NCBI RefSeq assembly: GCF_964213995.1
Contig: NC_135803.1
Coordinates: 112,778,001 to 112,842,000, forward strand
Length of the DNA: 64,000 bases
Direction: 5' to 3'
Origin: Mustelus asterias
Lineage: Eukaryota
Under the pieces are notes generated by a model that saw only the letters and a program-made list of their open reading frames with translations, did no database searches and had not been told where the DNA came from. Numbering within the stretch: position 1 is the first letter of the stretch; every line of letters starts with the position of its first letter. Below are positions 61,961 through 64,000 of the stretch, one piece after another. The translations under genes were made by a program, and so were the position numbers.

Positions 61961-63104
61961 CACCATGCAAGCCAGCTGTCAAAAAACACACACATTCAAA
62001 TTGCTGTAAGTCTCCTGCTCGCGTTCTGTCAGAATGCCAAAATTGATTGTGTGCACCATTGCTTGCTTACTGAGAAATATCATCTTTGTTTTTCATAGGA
62101 TTTGGCTTCAACATCAAAGCAACAGAGTATTGTATCTGGGCAGCAGTCCTCAAACATTCAGTATTTCCATCGCCACCTGCCACCTTCACACTGCAGCAGT
62201 AAAGCATTCATGAAATGTTTCGCAAAGGTTCAGTTAAAACATTTCAAAATGAGCAGTAATATTTTGCACTTAATATTCTTTGGAGCAGTGAAAGTGCTTT
62301 TTATGTCAAGCATGGTCCTGCCGATGATTTGCTTCTGTGTAATTACAAATCCTGTGGCACATTATTCATTTCATGTCAAAATATGAAGTTGTTTTGGCCC
62401 AATAAATAGAGATAGACGAGAACACTAATTGTAACAAATTGCAAATATGACTAAATTTAGTAATTGCCAGGCCCAATAACCTTGATGCACAAAACAAACA
62501 TCAAGGGAACAGAAAACATAGCAAAACTGGAATGGTGATTTTCCTGTGCAACAAACCTAAAAACAGGACAAAATAGCTGCTGCAACATAGTGTGAAACTT
62601 TCTGTCCACATTCTGAGATACGGATCTGCATAAATCTATGAGATGGGATTTCCCCACTGCTTCGTAATATGTCCATCTTAATTGGGCTCATCTCCCAAGT
62701 CATTGTGGAGTTCATCAATGCAATTGATCTGCTGGAGATGCTGCCTTTAGGATCATTTGGCAATGAAATGGATCCTGCAAAGTGACAGGGTGAAGCTGGG
62801 GGAAGGATGCTCATTCTGGATAGCTGAATGAAAACGGGCCAGATGGCTTTCCTCATTCATAATTATCCTGTCATCATTTTCGCCCTGCTCAATTTTCAGT
62901 TGGTTCATTTACTACATGTCACACAAGCAATCTGACAAAGTAAAATGAATGTGAAAGAAATCCATCCCTGGTTTGCAACACTTCAGTTAAATTACAAGAA
63001 ATGATAGCAAGTCTATTGTGTCAGAATGAGGTGCCTAAAATAAGGGTAAGAATTGCCACAACCTGATGTTAAACAAATGCACTTTCAAGATCTCATAACA
63101 TTGT

Positions 63105-63320
63105 TTTGAAGAGCAAGGGAATTATTCCTGCTGTTTTTAATCAACATTTATCCCTCAATCAACATCAGAGAAACAGACTATCTGGTCATTATCAGATTGT
63201 TGCTTGCCGTGTTTCCTATATTACAATGGCGACTACACTTCAAAAGTACTTAATTGGCTACAAAGTACTTTTGGGACATCTGGTGATTGTGAAAGATGCA
63301 GTAGAAGCACAATACCTTCT
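63105..63320 (+). mobile_element. Deu-domain SINE 3' half
   Basis: GAAGAGCAAGGGA...ATTTATCCCTCAA...TCTGGTCATTATC...GACTACACTTCAAAAGTACT. Confidence 0.7.
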
Positions 63321-63524
63321 TTCCAGAATTTCCAGCACTCTATTAAGATTATAGCTGGAGCACTGTGACCATTTTAGTTACTGAGACACAGGGAGAAGTT
63401 CAATTATTGGTGGTCACATGCGAAGAGCCATGAGGCGAACACCTAGGAACAAATCTGAGTTAAGAATAAAGAGAAGATGAATGCCCCTTTAGGCCTTGAA
63501 TGGGGTCATCTAAGAGGTGATCCT

Positions 63525-63870
63525 CATAGAAATCATAGAAACCCTACAGCATAGAAAGAGGCCATTCGGCCCATCGAGTCTGCACCGACCACAATCCCAC
63601 CCAGGCCCTACCCCCATATCCCTACATAGTTACTCACTAATCCCTCTAACCGACGCATCTCAGGACACCAAGGGCAATTTTTGCATGGCCAATCAACCTA
63701 ACCAGCACATCTTTGGACTGTGGGAGGAAACCGGAGCACCCGGAGGAAACCCACGCAGACAAGAGGAGAACGTGCAAACTCCACACAGACAGTGACCCAA
63801 GCCGGGAATCGAACCCAGGTCCCTGGAGCTGTGAAGCAGCAGTGCTAACCACTGTGCTACCGTGCCACCC
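63525..63870 (-). mobile_element. Full-length HE1/V-type SINE
   Basis: Minus strand GGGTGGCACGGTAGCACAGTGGTTAGCAC...GGTTCGATTCCC...TTTCTATG tail. Confidence 0.9.
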
Positions 63871-64000
63871 TATAAAGCCATAGTGGACAGCAAATCGTGT
63901 CTAGAAAATTAATAGAAACAAATTGCGAGAATAGGTTAAAACTCGTAAAAAACAAACTTAGGATTTATACCAGAAAGTACTTCTTCACACAAGGAAGGAG

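Noticed and set aside
62557-62856. 99-aa minus-strand ORF as GXYLT2 exon 1
   Set aside because: It has no N-terminal transmembrane anchor or GXYLT similarity; exon 1 probably lies beyond the window.

Overview
Eukaryotic, repeat-dense vertebrate DNA, most likely from a shark or other elasmobranch (HE1/V-type SINEs, Deu-type SINEs, CR1, L2, Rex1, RTE, Penelope and Harbinger repeats). The only host gene I can support is GXYLT2 (GT8 glucoside xylosyltransferase) on the minus strand. Six coding exons (193, 132, 252, 124, 173 and 165 bp, from 48406 down to the stop at 20374) have GT-AG boundaries and join in one frame; the first coding exon was not found in the window. Two young, full-length, related Gypsy LTR retrotransposons (41383-45947 minus, 52395-57131 plus, each with a 5-bp TSD) sit in inverted orientation on either side of the 193-bp exon. 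They are the most unusual feature. Neither has a tRNA primer-binding site. Instead, the 13-14 nt just inside the 5' LTR is perfectly complementary to the element's own poly(A)-signal region, with different sequence but the same geometry in the two elements, which suggests tRNA-independent self-priming and/or poly(A) occlusion. Both also have YLDN in place of the RT YxDD motif. The window also holds a decayed Copia element with a 20-bp micro-inversion, six solo LTRs with TSDs, Harbinger transposase and spliced Myb/SANT relics with their MITEs, Penelope remnants with hammerhead-like cores, and a structured domain in a CR1 3' region. All family assignments come from motif recognition by eye, not database searches, and the boundaries of old repeats are approximate.
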